64,000 nucleotides of DNA, from NCBI GenBank assembly GCA_033977065.1, contig JAXCHI010000004.1, positions 288,001 through 352,000 on the forward strand, written 5' to 3'. The notes below the pieces were generated by a model, which did no database searches, was not told where the DNA came from, and saw only the letters and a program-made list of their open reading frames with translations. Positions within the stretch are counted from its first letter, which is position 1, and every line of letters starts with the position of its first letter. The DNA is from Candidatus Algichlamydia australiensis. Its GTDB lineage: Bacteria > Chlamydiota > Chlamydiia > Chlamydiales > JAJFMI01. The translations under genes and the position numbers were made by a program. Below are positions 9,603 through 19,267 of this stretch, piece by piece.

Positions 9603-10697
9603 TCAATGCTCCAATAGTACGACATTTTCCCGTTGCCAGTAGAGGTAGACCTTATCGTCATAATCGATATCCTCATGCGGAAAATGCTCTTCATTCTGTT
9701 CAAAAACTTGCAGCATTGTACCGCTTCCAAGCTTCACGTTATACTGCGTTGATCTGCCGTAATAAACGATCGACTGCACACTGCCTTCAACTTGATTGGA
9801 AAAATCTTTTGCGGGCTTTTTAGAGATAAAGATTTTTTCTGGTCTCAGGCTCATCACTACGCTCCCTCCATTGGCCATCCAAGGTTTTTTCTGCGGTACA
9901 TAGACCTTTAAGCTACCGAGTCCCTCTACCTCAACTTCAGGGTCAAGCTCAATATTGCGCATAACCCCGTTTAAAATATTTGTTGTTCCAACAAATTTTG
10001 CAACAAATGAGGAGACGGGAAATTCATAAATCTCTTTTGGTGTACCAATCTGTTCGATTTCGCCATCAGAATTCATAATGGCCATCTGATCGGCTACAGT
10101 GAGCGCCTCAAACTGGTCATGGGTGACGTAGACAAAAGTTGTTTTGAGCTTGTCCTGCAGCTCGATTAACTCAACAAGCATCTTCTCGCGAAGTTTATAA
10201 TCGAGTGCTGCAAGCGGCTCATCGAGAAGAAGAACATCGGGCTCGTTGATGATGGCGCGACCAATCGCCACTCGCTGCTGCTGGCCTCCTGATAGCTCTG
10301 ATGGAAGTTTCTCTACCTGTTTTTCCAAGTGAAAAGCGCGCACAATACGCATCACTCTTTTTTGAATTTCATCCTTGGAAAGTCCCTGAATGACAAGGGA
10401 GTAGGCGATGTTGTCAAAGACGTTAAGGTGCGGGAATAAAGCATAATTTTGAAAAACAATATGAATACGACGTTTATTGATCGGAAGGTGTGTGATCTCC
10501 TTTTCTCCAATCGTAATCGTTCCGCTATCGACCTCCTCAAAGCCGCCAATGAGGCGCAAAAGCGTGGTCTTACCGCAGCCGCTTGGGCCGAGAAGAGCAA
10601 AAAATTTGCCAGAGGGGATAGTTAAGTGAATTTTTGAGAGGATCTTCCCGCTGTTGCCGTACGATTTTGTTACATTTTTCAAGTTAATGCTTCGCAT
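9603..10697 (-). CDS. potA: Spermidine/putrescine ABC transporter ATPase
   Basis: GPSGCGKT, VFQNYALFPH, LSGGQQQR, LLLDEP; C-terminal TOBE-like region. Confidence 0.93.
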   Translation of the reverse strand: MRSINLKNVTKSYGNSGKILSKIHLTIPSGKFFALLGPSGCGKTTLLRLIGGFEEVDSGTITIGEKEITHLPINKRRIHIVFQNYALFPHLNVFDNIAYSLVIQGLSKDEIQKRVMRIVRAFHLEKQVEKLPSELSGGQQQRVAIGRAIINEPDVLLLDEPLAALDYKLREKMLVELIELQDKLKTTFVYVTHDQFEALTVADQMAIMNSDGEIEQIGTPKEIYEFPVSSFVAKFVGTTNILNGVMRNIELDPEVEVEGLGSLKVYVPQKKPWMANGGSVVMSLRPEKIFISKKPAKDFSNQVEGSVQSIVYYGRSTQYNVKLGSGTMLQVFEQNEEHFPHEDIDYDDKVYLYWQRENVVLLEH

Positions 10698-10881
10698 TCT
10701 GCTATTTTACTCTTTCAAGGCAATTTTCATAAACAGTAAATATTTTCTTACACGTTTAATATTTGTAAAATGTTTTATTTGTTTTTTAATCTATTAAGAT
10801 GGTTCGTTTTTTTGAAAAATATATAGGTTTCTATGTTAAAGACTGTCTTTGAATTAAATGCTCAAAGTTCATTCGTTGGCA

Positions 10882-11045
10882 ATGAACCTATCCAACTAAA
10901 CATGCTTTTGCCTTTTTCCAGATTTTTGGCTGGATTTTGAGCTATTTTTTCAAACAACTTAATTAAGTTGTTTTCAAAAAGATCCCAAAATCCTTCTCAA
11001 AACTGAGAAAAAATTTCAAAAGCAGCTTTAGTTGGATAGGTTCAT
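10882..11045. mobile_element. 164-bp palindromic MITE-like element (family B)
   Basis: Perfect 19-bp terminal IR ATGAACCTATCCAACTAAA / TTTAGTTGGATAGGTTCAT; central palindrome AAACAACTTAATTAAGTTGTTT. Confidence 0.75.
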
Positions 11046-11115
11046 ATTTTAGGGAGGGTTGAATAAACCCTTAGTTATTGCATTTTACTCGTGATTCCCA
11101 AACAATGTGGGAGTA

Positions 11116-12066
11116 ATGGAAAAGTACAAACTCATCATCGTGGGATCTGGCCCAGCTGGACACACTGCGGCAATTTATGCAGCACGTGCAAACTTAAATC
11201 CTCTTCTCTATGAAGGTTTTTTTTCAGGAACACCTGGAGGGCAGCTCACGACAACAACAGACGTGGAAAACTACCCTGGATTTCCGGAGGGAATTACTGG
11301 TCCTGCTCTCATGGACAACTTTCGCAAACAAGCGGCACGCTTTGGTACGACGATCTTGACAGAAGATGTGGAGTCCATTGACTTTTCCAAACGGCCATTT
11401 GTTGTGAAAGGAAAGAAGACTATTGCGGAAGCTGAGACAGTGATCATTGCCACAGGAGCAACAGCCAAGCGCTTAGATATTCCCGGTGCAGGTGAGGGAG
11501 AGTTTTGGCAAAAAGGGGTAACAGCGTGTGCGGTTTGTGACGGTGCGGCTCCCATTTTTCGTGAAAAGGATCTCTATGTAGTCGGGGGAGGCGATACCGC
11601 AATTGAAGAGGCGGTTTTTCTCACCAAATTTGGTAAAAAGGTCTATATTGTTCATCGCCGTGATGAACTGCGTGCGTCAAAAATTATGGCAGAGCGCGCT
11701 CTTAACCATCCTAAAATTGAGATTGTTTGGAACAACGTTGTCGTGAACGTCGCAGGTGATGATGTTGTGCGTGAGGTAACGTTAAAAAATACACAGACAG
11801 GTGAGGAACAGAAACGCGAAGCAGGAGGGCTCTTTTTTGCAATTGGCCACCAGCCCAATACCGCGTTTTTGGGAGGAGCTTTAGCAACGGATGAGACGGG
11901 TTATCTAAAAGTAGAACCATTTTCTACAAATACTTCTGTAGAAGGTGTTTTTGCTGCAGGAGATGTCTCAGATCATAAATATCGTCAGGCAGTGACTGCT
12001 GCTGGCTCTGGTTGTATGGCGGCTCTTGATGCAGAGAGGTATTTAGTTTCAAAAGGATTAGCATAA
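11116..12066 (+). CDS. trxB: Thioredoxin reductase
   Basis: GSGPAG, CAVCDG, VGGGDTA, FAAGDV motifs. Confidence 0.97.
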   Translation: MEKYKLIIVGSGPAGHTAAIYAARANLNPLLYEGFFSGTPGGQLTTTTDVENYPGFPEGITGPALMDNFRKQAARFGTTILTEDVESIDFSKRPFVVKGKKTIAEAETVIIATGATAKRLDIPGAGEGEFWQKGVTACAVCDGAAPIFREKDLYVVGGGDTAIEEAVFLTKFGKKVYIVHRRDELRASKIMAERALNHPKIEIVWNNVVVNVAGDDVVREVTLKNTQTGEEQKREAGGLFFAIGHQPNTAFLGGALATDETGYLKVEPFSTNTSVEGVFAAGDVSDHKYRQAVTAAGSGCMAALDAERYLVSKGLA

Positions 12067-12870
12067 GTGCTGCGTCGCATTTTTTTTATCCTTTTTCCTT
12101 TAACTCTCTTTAGTTTGCATTACGATCCTTGGTTTGGACAGACTTGGCTCTTCTACCTAACACCCTCTTACACCTATGACCACTATCCAGATGTTGACAA
12201 TGGGACGCGGAAATACTCCTCAGATGATAACCTTATAAAAGGAAATTTAAATTTCTCTTTTCTCCCGCAATGGGATATTCAGTTTGAGGGAATTTTTGCT
12301 TCTACACAAAAGCTCTCTTGGGGCATGCAAGCAATTGGCACTTCGCTGCGCTATCTCCAGTGTAACGATGTAGAAGGGGATCCAGTGAGTTTAACCTTTA
12401 ATGGCTCGCTTTTTTATGTTCCTGTGCGTTCACAAAAAGATCCCAGCACTCCCTTTCATGCAACGCTTAACTTAGAGCTCGGAGCCGCTCTTGGAAAAGA
12501 GATCGATAAAATTTATAATTGGCGCTATCGCTTTTGGGGTTATGGAGGAATAGGGGTGGCTAATCGCGGTGCTCCTTGGGCGCGCGGAATTCTTGCGCTC
12601 GATGCGCGTATCTACACCCAGCATCTCTTCCGCCTCTTTGGCCATGGCTATTTTGGTATGGGAGGTGTTGAGGAGGTCAACATCGATCGCTTGCGCGGTT
12701 ATGCTAATATTGCTCACCAGTCCGTCGACTTAGGTCTGCGCTACGCTTACGAATTCGAAATTTGGGGGAATTTTTCCGTCGAGTATTTTTATCGTGTTTT
12801 TGCGCATAGTTTCCCAGAATGCATGCATTCTATCACTGTAGCTTATACCCTTCCTTTCTCCCTTTTCTGA
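12067..12870 (+). CDS. Putative outer-membrane beta-barrel protein
   Basis: Signal-peptide-like N-terminus, aromatic-rich alternating strands, terminal Phe. Confidence 0.6.
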   Translation: MLRRIFFILFPLTLFSLHYDPWFGQTWLFYLTPSYTYDHYPDVDNGTRKYSSDDNLIKGNLNFSFLPQWDIQFEGIFASTQKLSWGMQAIGTSLRYLQCNDVEGDPVSLTFNGSLFYVPVRSQKDPSTPFHATLNLELGAALGKEIDKIYNWRYRFWGYGGIGVANRGAPWARGILALDARIYTQHLFRLFGHGYFGMGGVEEVNIDRLRGYANIAHQSVDLGLRYAYEFEIWGNFSVEYFYRVFAHSFPECMHSITVAYTLPFSLF

Positions 12871-12872
12871 TT

Positions 12873-12989
12873 CGTATCCTTCTCGCTTCGCAAAATCGAA
12901 AAACGTTCGCCACGCCGTGTTATCTACACTGTCGCGGCGAACGTTTTCCGATTTTGCTTTGCGATAAGAATCCGCTAGGCCGCTTCGCG
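12873..12989 (+). repeat. Long-hairpin intergenic element (family C), copy 1
   Basis: About 100-nt imperfect hairpin plus tail CCGCTAGGCCGCTTCGCG; second copy at 31396-31511. Confidence 0.85.
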
Positions 12990-13013
12990 CATGTAAAGGG
13001 GAATTATTTTGAG

Positions 13014-13580
13014 TTAGTTGAAAAGAGTGAATACGTTGCGATTGAGATCATCAATAATCTCACGATTCATCACTTGCATGTTCATTTCTAGCGCTCGTGT
13101 GCTGCTCTTTGCATTCTGATACCAGACATATCCATTGTCTTCAGCTGTACGATATTTTTTTTTGAAAATAACTTTACCATCTCTTTTGACTTTAATTTTT
13201 AGGGTCATACGGCCGTTGTAATGCTTGCCCGTATCACAGTAGAGATCGTAAATATTTCCTTGTATTTCTGTTTCTGCATTGCTCCCAGAGCCAGTGACAG
13301 TGTAGCCAGAGCGCTCTAACTCTTCTCGAAGGGAGCTTGTGGCCCACTTGACTACGTCATTTCGAGCTACAAGTTTTACTGTCGGGATATTGTAATCGTT
13401 GCGGAAATGTCCCACGAGGTCTTTTGCGTGGCGTGAGTCTTTAAAATCGAGAAGTTTTATAACAACGGAATTTTTTGGTTGCTCTTCAAGTAGAGGTTCA
13501 TAAGTAAGGGTTGTTCTGTTTGTACTGCAGCTTGTAAATAGTGTAGTTATCGTTCCAAGGATTAAAATAGTACTTTTCAT
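13014..13580 (-). CDS. Putative lipoprotein (YajG-like)
   Basis: MKSTILILGTITTLFTS-C lipobox; 'F-D-S-R...VG' pattern. Confidence 0.65.
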   Translation of the reverse strand: MKSTILILGTITTLFTSCSTNRTTLTYEPLLEEQPKNSVVIKLLDFKDSRHAKDLVGHFRNDYNIPTVKLVARNDVVKWATSSLREELERSGYTVTGSGSNAETEIQGNIYDLYCDTGKHYNGRMTLKIKVKRDGKVIFKKKYRTAEDNGYVWYQNAKSSTRALEMNMQVMNREIIDDLNRNVFTLFN

Positions 13581-13660
13581 ACAAAAATAATCGCATGATA
13601 AAGGGGTTGTTGTCAATTACTTAAGGAAACAAGGGGGTGCCAACTTGAATATCAATTAAC

Positions 13661-14611
13661 CTAGAAGTAATAAAAGTATTCGAGAATAGCGCTGACAAAA
13701 GCTTCCGAGTTGCGGCCAGCAACTGTAAACCAGGCGCCACCTGCCATACTCATGTTTTGATTAAAGTTGTATTCTAAGCTAGGAGCTAAACTGAGTTGTT
13801 CGGAAGAGGGAAGCCCTACTTTTGCAGGCAAGCCATCGAGAGTCACACCGCGATCTCCCTTAAAAGAAGCGCTGTTTGTATGCAAGTAGAATACATTTGT
13901 ACCTATTTCCCAATGTTTATCAAGAGTCACTTCTACTCCAAGGCTGGCGACATACTCCATTCCAGGGTTGACCCGCCCCTTTGTTTCAAAACCGCCACCG
14001 TAAACGTTAAAACCACGAACGGAGAGCTCATTTGGAAAGAGTGTCCAGATATTGAGATTAATGTTGAAAGGGTGTTTCGGAAAGGTATAGAAGATTTTTT
14101 GCCATACTGCTATGAGATAGGTGGTAACAGAGCCACTCCCACTTGCATCACTTAAGTTTTTTTCGGGGTTTAGTTTTTCAAATTTTCCTGTAGGATAAGT
14201 CTGCCCCACTACGATGCGGAAATCGGGTATCCATGTATCTTTGATATCACTTGAGATTTGAAAGCCAAAGAGTGCCCAAGTATCTTCATAACGCCAAGAA
14301 GAGAAACCATCGATATGAGTGTAGAATCCTCCAACAATTAAATTGAAATCGATAAAATCCGTAATTCCTGTTTCTAAACTTAAAATAAGTTCAACTTCAT
14401 TGACATTTTTCTGGTTTTGTTTTTTCCAGTTGCTATCGTAGGCACCGTAGAAATGTGTAACAAAAAATAAGGGTTCAAAAACAAGGCGTCCAGGCGCTGC
14501 ATTTTGCGAGTAAAAATTGAGGAGAGTGCCCGCATAAATCGGCTTATACTCCTCATCCTGATCAGCCATTAACTGCAAACTAAAAAAAAGAAAAAAAAGC
14601 CACTTCTTCAA
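13661..14611 (-). CDS. Putative outer-membrane beta-barrel (transporter/MetA-pathway-like)
   Basis: Signal peptide; PTGKF...SGSGS and LAPSLEYNF...GRNS patterns; terminal Phe. Confidence 0.65.
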   Translation of the reverse strand: MKKWLFFLFFSLQLMADQDEEYKPIYAGTLLNFYSQNAAPGRLVFEPLFFVTHFYGAYDSNWKKQNQKNVNEVELILSLETGITDFIDFNLIVGGFYTHIDGFSSWRYEDTWALFGFQISSDIKDTWIPDFRIVVGQTYPTGKFEKLNPEKNLSDASGSGSVTTYLIAVWQKIFYTFPKHPFNINLNIWTLFPNELSVRGFNVYGGGFETKGRVNPGMEYVASLGVEVTLDKHWEIGTNVFYLHTNSASFKGDRGVTLDGLPAKVGLPSSEQLSLAPSLEYNFNQNMSMAGGAWFTVAGRNSEAFVSAILEYFYYF

Positions 14612-14692
14612 CTGCTACTCACAAAGAATTTATACGGACTATACACGATTTGCCTATTTGTGCTACAGTCTCGCAATTACAATGGAGAAATT

Positions 14693-15106
14693 ATGTACTC
14701 AAGGTTAGTAGCAGGAGCTGGATCTCTTCTTTTAGGGGGTGGGGCTGTGTTTAGTTATACTAGAAAGTCTCATAACTCAAAAATGCAATTGATTGCTACT
14801 CATGCTATTGAGCTAGCAAAAACGCACTTAACAGAAGATCCTAATGCATTGAAAGAGTATCGTCGGATTTGTAGTAAAGTGTTAGAACAGAAATTGGAAG
14901 ATGGTAAAATTCCACAGCGAGGTGTTGAAGTTAAATTACCGGATAATAGTGAAAACATTTCCTATTTTTCCCTTGTATTAAGGAACGAATTTCCAAAAAC
15001 AAATAGTAGCTTATGCTGCTTCTTTTTACAAACTGGTCCAGATACTTATCGTGTAGCAACAGATTATGATGGTGAACCTTGTAAAAGAGTGGAAGTTAAA
15101 GTATGA
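14693..15106 (+). CDS. Hypothetical protein with N-terminal hydrophobic segment
   Basis: GGAG RBS before ATG 14693. Confidence 0.6.
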   Translation: MYSRLVAGAGSLLLGGGAVFSYTRKSHNSKMQLIATHAIELAKTHLTEDPNALKEYRRICSKVLEQKLEDGKIPQRGVEVKLPDNSENISYFSLVLRNEFPKTNSSLCCFFLQTGPDTYRVATDYDGEPCKRVEVKV

Positions 15107-15145
15107 AAGCTTGATTAAAATTTCGTAAAGGAGTTTGATGGAGCG

Positions 15146-15937
15146 ATGTGCATAGAAGTTGTTGACGGTGATGTTGAGGATGGAAGTTTCATTGTTGGGG
15201 ATATTGAAGATGAAGAGCTTTCCGATGTTTCTCTAATTTTTTGTAATGGTATCGCCAATACAAGAAGTGATGCCATTCGAAAAGCGGGGTATATCTCTGA
15301 GGAATTTAGAGGTAAACATGTCTTTTGTCGCTACAATCCTACTGAACTACTTTCGTGGATTATCACGCGTTTTTGGTCTTCACTTAACCGATTGAAAGAG
15401 ACAAAAAACGATGAATCTAACGCGATCGTTCAAAATCTTGCAGATCGTATTTTTAAAGAGCTGCAAAAAGAGAACAAGAGAGTCCTTTTGATTGCTCATA
15501 GTCATGGAGTTTTTATCGCAAACCGCGCGTTAAAAGATAAGCGTTTAGATGCAGTGAGAGAGCGCATTGAAGTGCACGCTTTTGCAGGCGCTAAAATCAT
15601 GAAAAGCGACCGTGCAGGTCGCGTGTGGAACTACGTTTGCGGATCGGCAATCATCTCCCACTTTGCTAACTGGATTTATCACAAAAAAGAGACCTTCGAA
15701 ATTATCAAAGAGCTTCGCCTGGGGCGCACTTGTGAAGAAGCTGCGCGCAATGTAGTTGCAAAGCGCAATTCTGCTGACGGTATTGAGCCTCTATCTGAAT
15801 ACGAAGAGTGCCTACGCAAAGCGAAAAAATATAATATTTCAATTCTCCCTTCGCGCAATTGGCTCTCTTATCGCGACCACTCACTTGTGACCTTCCTTCC
15901 TGAAATTCGCCGCATTGCACAAGAGTGTTTCCCTTAA
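15146..15937 (+). CDS. Alpha/beta-hydrolase-like protein
   Basis: IFCNGI, LIAHSHG nucleophile elbow, VHAFAGA, C-terminal DHS. Confidence 0.6.
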   Translation: MCIEVVDGDVEDGSFIVGDIEDEELSDVSLIFCNGIANTRSDAIRKAGYISEEFRGKHVFCRYNPTELLSWIITRFWSSLNRLKETKNDESNAIVQNLADRIFKELQKENKRVLLIAHSHGVFIANRALKDKRLDAVRERIEVHAFAGAKIMKSDRAGRVWNYVCGSAIISHFANWIYHKKETFEIIKELRLGRTCEEAARNVVAKRNSADGIEPLSEYEECLRKAKKYNISILPSRNWLSYRDHSLVTFLPEIRRIAQECFP

Positions 15938-15979
15938 ACATTTATTTTGCAATAGTGAGGGCATTCCAGGGAGGAATTT

Positions 15980-16534
15980 ATGGTTATGTATTTCTATCTA
16001 GCGACAGCACTGCTTGCATCACCCTTGCTAGCTCTACCACTTAGCAATAAAACGGATAGTATGGTCTACCGTTTTTTAGATCGCTATGACAATCATGTGC
16101 AAAGGGAGAAGCTAACCTATATCGGTCCCATGACAAGTTGGGGGTCACAAATTGGAAATTTTGGGGTTCATGTAATGTCTCGTGAGTATTTGAACGAGGA
16201 TCAAGCGCGTGAGCGCTTTCAAAAAGCTGTAGAGGACTTTGTTGACCAAGCGAACCGTGACCCTAAAATGAAAAATTTGATTAAGCCTTTTCCACTTACA
16301 GTTGATCGTGTTGAATTTAAGCTCAGTTTTTGGGGTAAAGAGATGGAGCGTCCTGAGCGTCCTCACGTGGCGCAGATGTTCATGAAAAATGGGCATGTAG
16401 AAATTTCATACAAAGAAAATGCGAGTGAGTTTTTAGATAGTGAAGTTGTGAGCGAATCGTATGAAAAGATGATTGAGAAGATTAAGATCTTTACTGCTAT
16501 TCCTGATCAGAAGGAGGAGCGCGCATCTTCTTGA
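15980..16534 (+). CDS. Hypothetical exported protein
   Basis: GGAGG RBS; signal-peptide-like N-terminus. Confidence 0.7.
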   Translation: MVMYFYLATALLASPLLALPLSNKTDSMVYRFLDRYDNHVQREKLTYIGPMTSWGSQIGNFGVHVMSREYLNEDQARERFQKAVEDFVDQANRDPKMKNLIKPFPLTVDRVEFKLSFWGKEMERPERPHVAQMFMKNGHVEISYKENASEFLDSEVVSESYEKMIEKIKIFTAIPDQKEERASS

Positions 16535-16904
16535 TGCTACTGCGCTGGTGCTTCTCTTCTAATATTTTCTCTTTAGTGCGCCGCGAGCGGCGCTTTTTTT
16601 GTTTTCGAATTTTAGCTATCTCTTTGGCAGCCGCTGACTCTTTTTCAAAGAGGCGATTTTCCATCTCCTCACAAAGTCGCTTACGTGCTAAATAGCGATT
16701 TAAAGCGCGCGAGCGCTCTTGCTGGCACTTCACCTCAATCCCTGATGGGAGATGTTTCAAATAGACGCATGTGTGGCTTTTATTGACTTTTTGGCCACCA
16801 GAGCCCGACCCCAGAATAAACTTCTCGACAAGGTCATCCTCTTCAATCCCTAGCTTCTTCATTCGCGCTGCAAGCGCTTCTTCTTTAGATTTTTTTGTTG
16901 TCAT
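16497..16904 (-). CDS. Peptide-chain-release-factor-like ribosome rescue protein (ArfB/YaeJ-like)
   Basis: GSGSGGQKVNK GGQ domain, HLPSGI, basic C-terminal tail, no codon-recognition domain. Confidence 0.88.
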   Translation of the reverse strand: MTTKKSKEEALAARMKKLGIEEDDLVEKFILGSGSGGQKVNKSHTCVYLKHLPSGIEVKCQQERSRALNRYLARKRLCEEMENRLFEKESAAAKEIAKIRKQKKRRSRRTKEKILEEKHQRSSIKKMRAPPSDQE

Positions 16905-16922
16905 ACAGAACTTTGCCTCTTT

Positions 16923-16986
16923 TGACTATTTTGCATGCTATTGCAAAATAGTCATGACTTTTCCGCAATAGCTTGCGGAAAAGTCA
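16923..16986. repeat. Doublet of two 32-nt perfect hairpins (family E, REP/REPIN-like)
   Basis: TGACTATTTTGCA-TGCTAT-TGCAAAATAGTCA directly followed by TGACTTTTCCGCAA-TAGC-TTGCGGAAAAGTCA. Confidence 0.9.
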
Positions 16987-17081
16987 ATTGAAAACATTTG
17001 GTTCAGAGTTCTAAAAAATTCAAGTTACCACGAAAAATCGATTGAATTTTAATTCGAAGACATTCTCTAAACTTAAGTTCT

Positions 17082-17708
17082 CTAAGTTTCTAAAAAGAAA
17101 AAGTCATGTTTTTGATGAAATTCAATATACTTTTCCTCATAAGGTTTTCCTTCTGACTTGTTTTTAGATTCAGCAAGGACTTTTGTTTTGAATTTGGTAA
17201 ACACAAGAACTTTCTCTAATAGATTAGCTGCCTCACAGACCAGGCCGGCTCCAACTATAATCTCAAATCTTTTGGTAATACCATTATAAAACGATATTAA
17301 TTCATCTTTTTGAAGTGGTTTAGCAAAAGCATGAACGTTATTCATAGTGTTGCTAATTACATAATCACAATACTGTAATAATGAAGAGTCATTACGGTAA
17401 GTCTCTTTCCATTCACACTCTTGCCAAGGAGAATATACAATAGAAATGGCTTTGCTTTTTTCCCATTGTTTTACATCAAAAAAATAGCTGGTATCAGGCT
17501 GAGGTATTGTTTCACATTTTATCCATTCAGTCCACGTTAATTTATTGGGTTCTACTCCATGTAATAACCATATTTGATAATCTTCAGTGATCATTATTGC
17601 CTGTTCATCCACCGGAAAAACCTTCCATATAAGTTTTTCTTCTGCCATACTCCGTCTGCAGACTAATACTAAAAGTAGGAATATTGCACTTTTTACGACT
17701 TGCCTCAT
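17082..17708 (-). CDS. Hypothetical exported protein
   Basis: 208-aa AT-rich ORF with GAGG RBS and signal-peptide-like N-terminus. Confidence 0.7.
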   Translation of the reverse strand: MRQVVKSAIFLLLVLVCRRSMAEEKLIWKVFPVDEQAIMITEDYQIWLLHGVEPNKLTWTEWIKCETIPQPDTSYFFDVKQWEKSKAISIVYSPWQECEWKETYRNDSSLLQYCDYVISNTMNNVHAFAKPLQKDELISFYNGITKRFEIIVGAGLVCEAANLLEKVLVFTKFKTKVLAESKNKSEGKPYEEKYIEFHQKHDFFFLET

Positions 17709-17769
17709 TTTATACCTCTTTTCAGTCCGTCCGTTATTTTAGTGGTTGTTCAATACTATGTGTAGGTAT

Positions 17770-18135
17770 TTATGAAGACCAGAAAGCGATAGCTGTGGCA
17801 AAAGTCTTGCAGTGGGAGATAGAGATTTGGAATTGGGGGTTTTGAAAGGTTTTCTTGGCAGCTTCGGAGAAGTAGAGGAGAGGTTTGCCAGAAGGGGAGG
17901 GGAGAATTTCCATATCAAGCCAGGAGAGGTGCTCACCGATTCCGCAGCCGAGCGCTTTGGAAATGGCTTCTTTTGCAGCGAAGCGACCTGCAAAACTATT
18001 TGAGGAATTTTTTTGACTATTGCAGTAAGCGCGTTCTTTTTCTGTAAAGACACGTTTGAGAAAGTGATCGCCGTATTTGTCAATTGATTGCCTAATGCGC
18101 ACAATTTCAATAATGTCGTTGCCTATCCCTTTCAT
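17770..18135 (-). CDS. acpS: Holo-ACP synthase
   Basis: GIGNDII, FAGRFAAKEA, SISH motifs. Confidence 0.96.
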   Translation of the reverse strand: MKGIGNDIIEIVRIRQSIDKYGDHFLKRVFTEKERAYCNSQKNSSNSFAGRFAAKEAISKALGCGIGEHLSWLDMEILPSPSGKPLLYFSEAAKKTFQNPQFQISISHCKTFATAIAFWSS

Positions 18136-19172
18136 TGTGAGCTGTCTTCAAGAAGGTTACAGAAGATAATGCGGCCGGAGGTGGTATGGTTAACAGAGAG
18201 CACTGTAACATCAATTGTTTGGTTGATAAAGTCGCCGCCTCCATTGACGACAACCATGGTGCCATCCTCTAGATAACCGACACCTTGACGAGGCTCTTTT
18301 CCTGGGCGCTGGATTTTGATTTTCATTACCTTACCGCTTTCTGTCAACGGTTTTAAGGCGGTAGAAAGAGCGTGCATGTTGATAAATCGTGTGCCATTGG
18401 TTTCAGCATTCTGCATGCGCGTGATGTCAGCTGTAATGATATTGGCATCAAGTAGTCTTGCCAAGCGCAAAAGTTTTAAAACAATTTGTTGCTCTTCAGG
18501 GAAGTCGGTGTCGTTATAGCGAAGACTAAGGTTAGGAAGGTCTTCCAATTTCTCTATCACGTCAAGAGATCGCTTTGCACTCTCTTTTGCCGCTTCATCA
18601 TGTCCTTCTGTGTCTGCGTAAAGCTCTTTGATTAAAAAGCGGGGAAGGATGAGCTGATGGTCAAGGAGTCCTGTTGTACAGAGATCGATAAGGCGTGGAT
18701 CGGAAAGCACGGTACTATCAAGCAGGATGTCTTTTTTCTTTTCAGCCTTTGGGGTGAGCTTAACAAAAGGAATGCTAATGTAGATTTCATCTGAAGAGCG
18801 CAGAGTCATAATCGTTCCTAGGTAAATTCCAAAGAGAAAGAGTCCAATTTCAATGATTTCTATTGTTCTGGGACCAAGAGTAACTGAGGCAGCACTTATA
18901 TCGAGAATTGCACTAAAAATTAAGGTAAGTGCCAAACCCATTAAATACCCTACAAAGAGTCCGATAATGGAGATATTGAAGGCGCGTAGATTAAAGCGCC
19001 TAAAGAGAACATCAAAGCCAATGAAAAGGGCGGTCAGTAGCAGGCCCATTCCAGCACCGATTGCAAAATTCAGAGGGATCATAGCACCCTCACCTGAGAC
19101 CATATAAACGGTCATAAAAAATATGCTAAGGATAGCAAAAAATATTCTAGTAAAGATTAGCGACAAATTCAC
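18132..19172 (-). CDS. Membrane PIN/TRAM domain protein (YacL family)
   Basis: Four N-terminal TM segments, LLDSTVLSDPR PIN motif, GKEPRQGVGYLEDGTMVVV TRAM motif. Confidence 0.9.
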   Translation of the reverse strand: MNLSLIFTRIFFAILSIFFMTVYMVSGEGAMIPLNFAIGAGMGLLLTALFIGFDVLFRRFNLRAFNISIIGLFVGYLMGLALTLIFSAILDISAASVTLGPRTIEIIEIGLFLFGIYLGTIMTLRSSDEIYISIPFVKLTPKAEKKKDILLDSTVLSDPRLIDLCTTGLLDHQLILPRFLIKELYADTEGHDEAAKESAKRSLDVIEKLEDLPNLSLRYNDTDFPEEQQIVLKLLRLARLLDANIITADITRMQNAETNGTRFINMHALSTALKPLTESGKVMKIKIQRPGKEPRQGVGYLEDGTMVVVNGGGDFINQTIDVTVLSVNHTTSGRIIFCNLLEDSSQ

Positions 19173-19229
19173 GGCAGGTGTCCCTTATTAATCCATTATT
19201 TATTACTATGCTATAGAAAGAGGTTTTTT

Positions 19230-19267
19230 TAAGGAAGGACTGAACAATCTGGTTCAGTCCTTCCTTA
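19230..19267. repeat. Perfect 16-bp hairpin; collapsed member of family D
   Basis: TAAGGAAGGACTGAAC-AATCTG-GTTCAGTCCTTCCTTA; ends match 59453-59622. Confidence 0.85.

Noticed and set aside
12873..12989. Family C hairpin as an integron attC site
   Set aside because: The tail GCTAGGC resembles GTTRRRY but there is no RYYYAAC at the left end, no cassette array and no integrase
16923..16986. Mini CRISPR array
   Set aside because: Only two units, inverted, with no spacer and no cas genes
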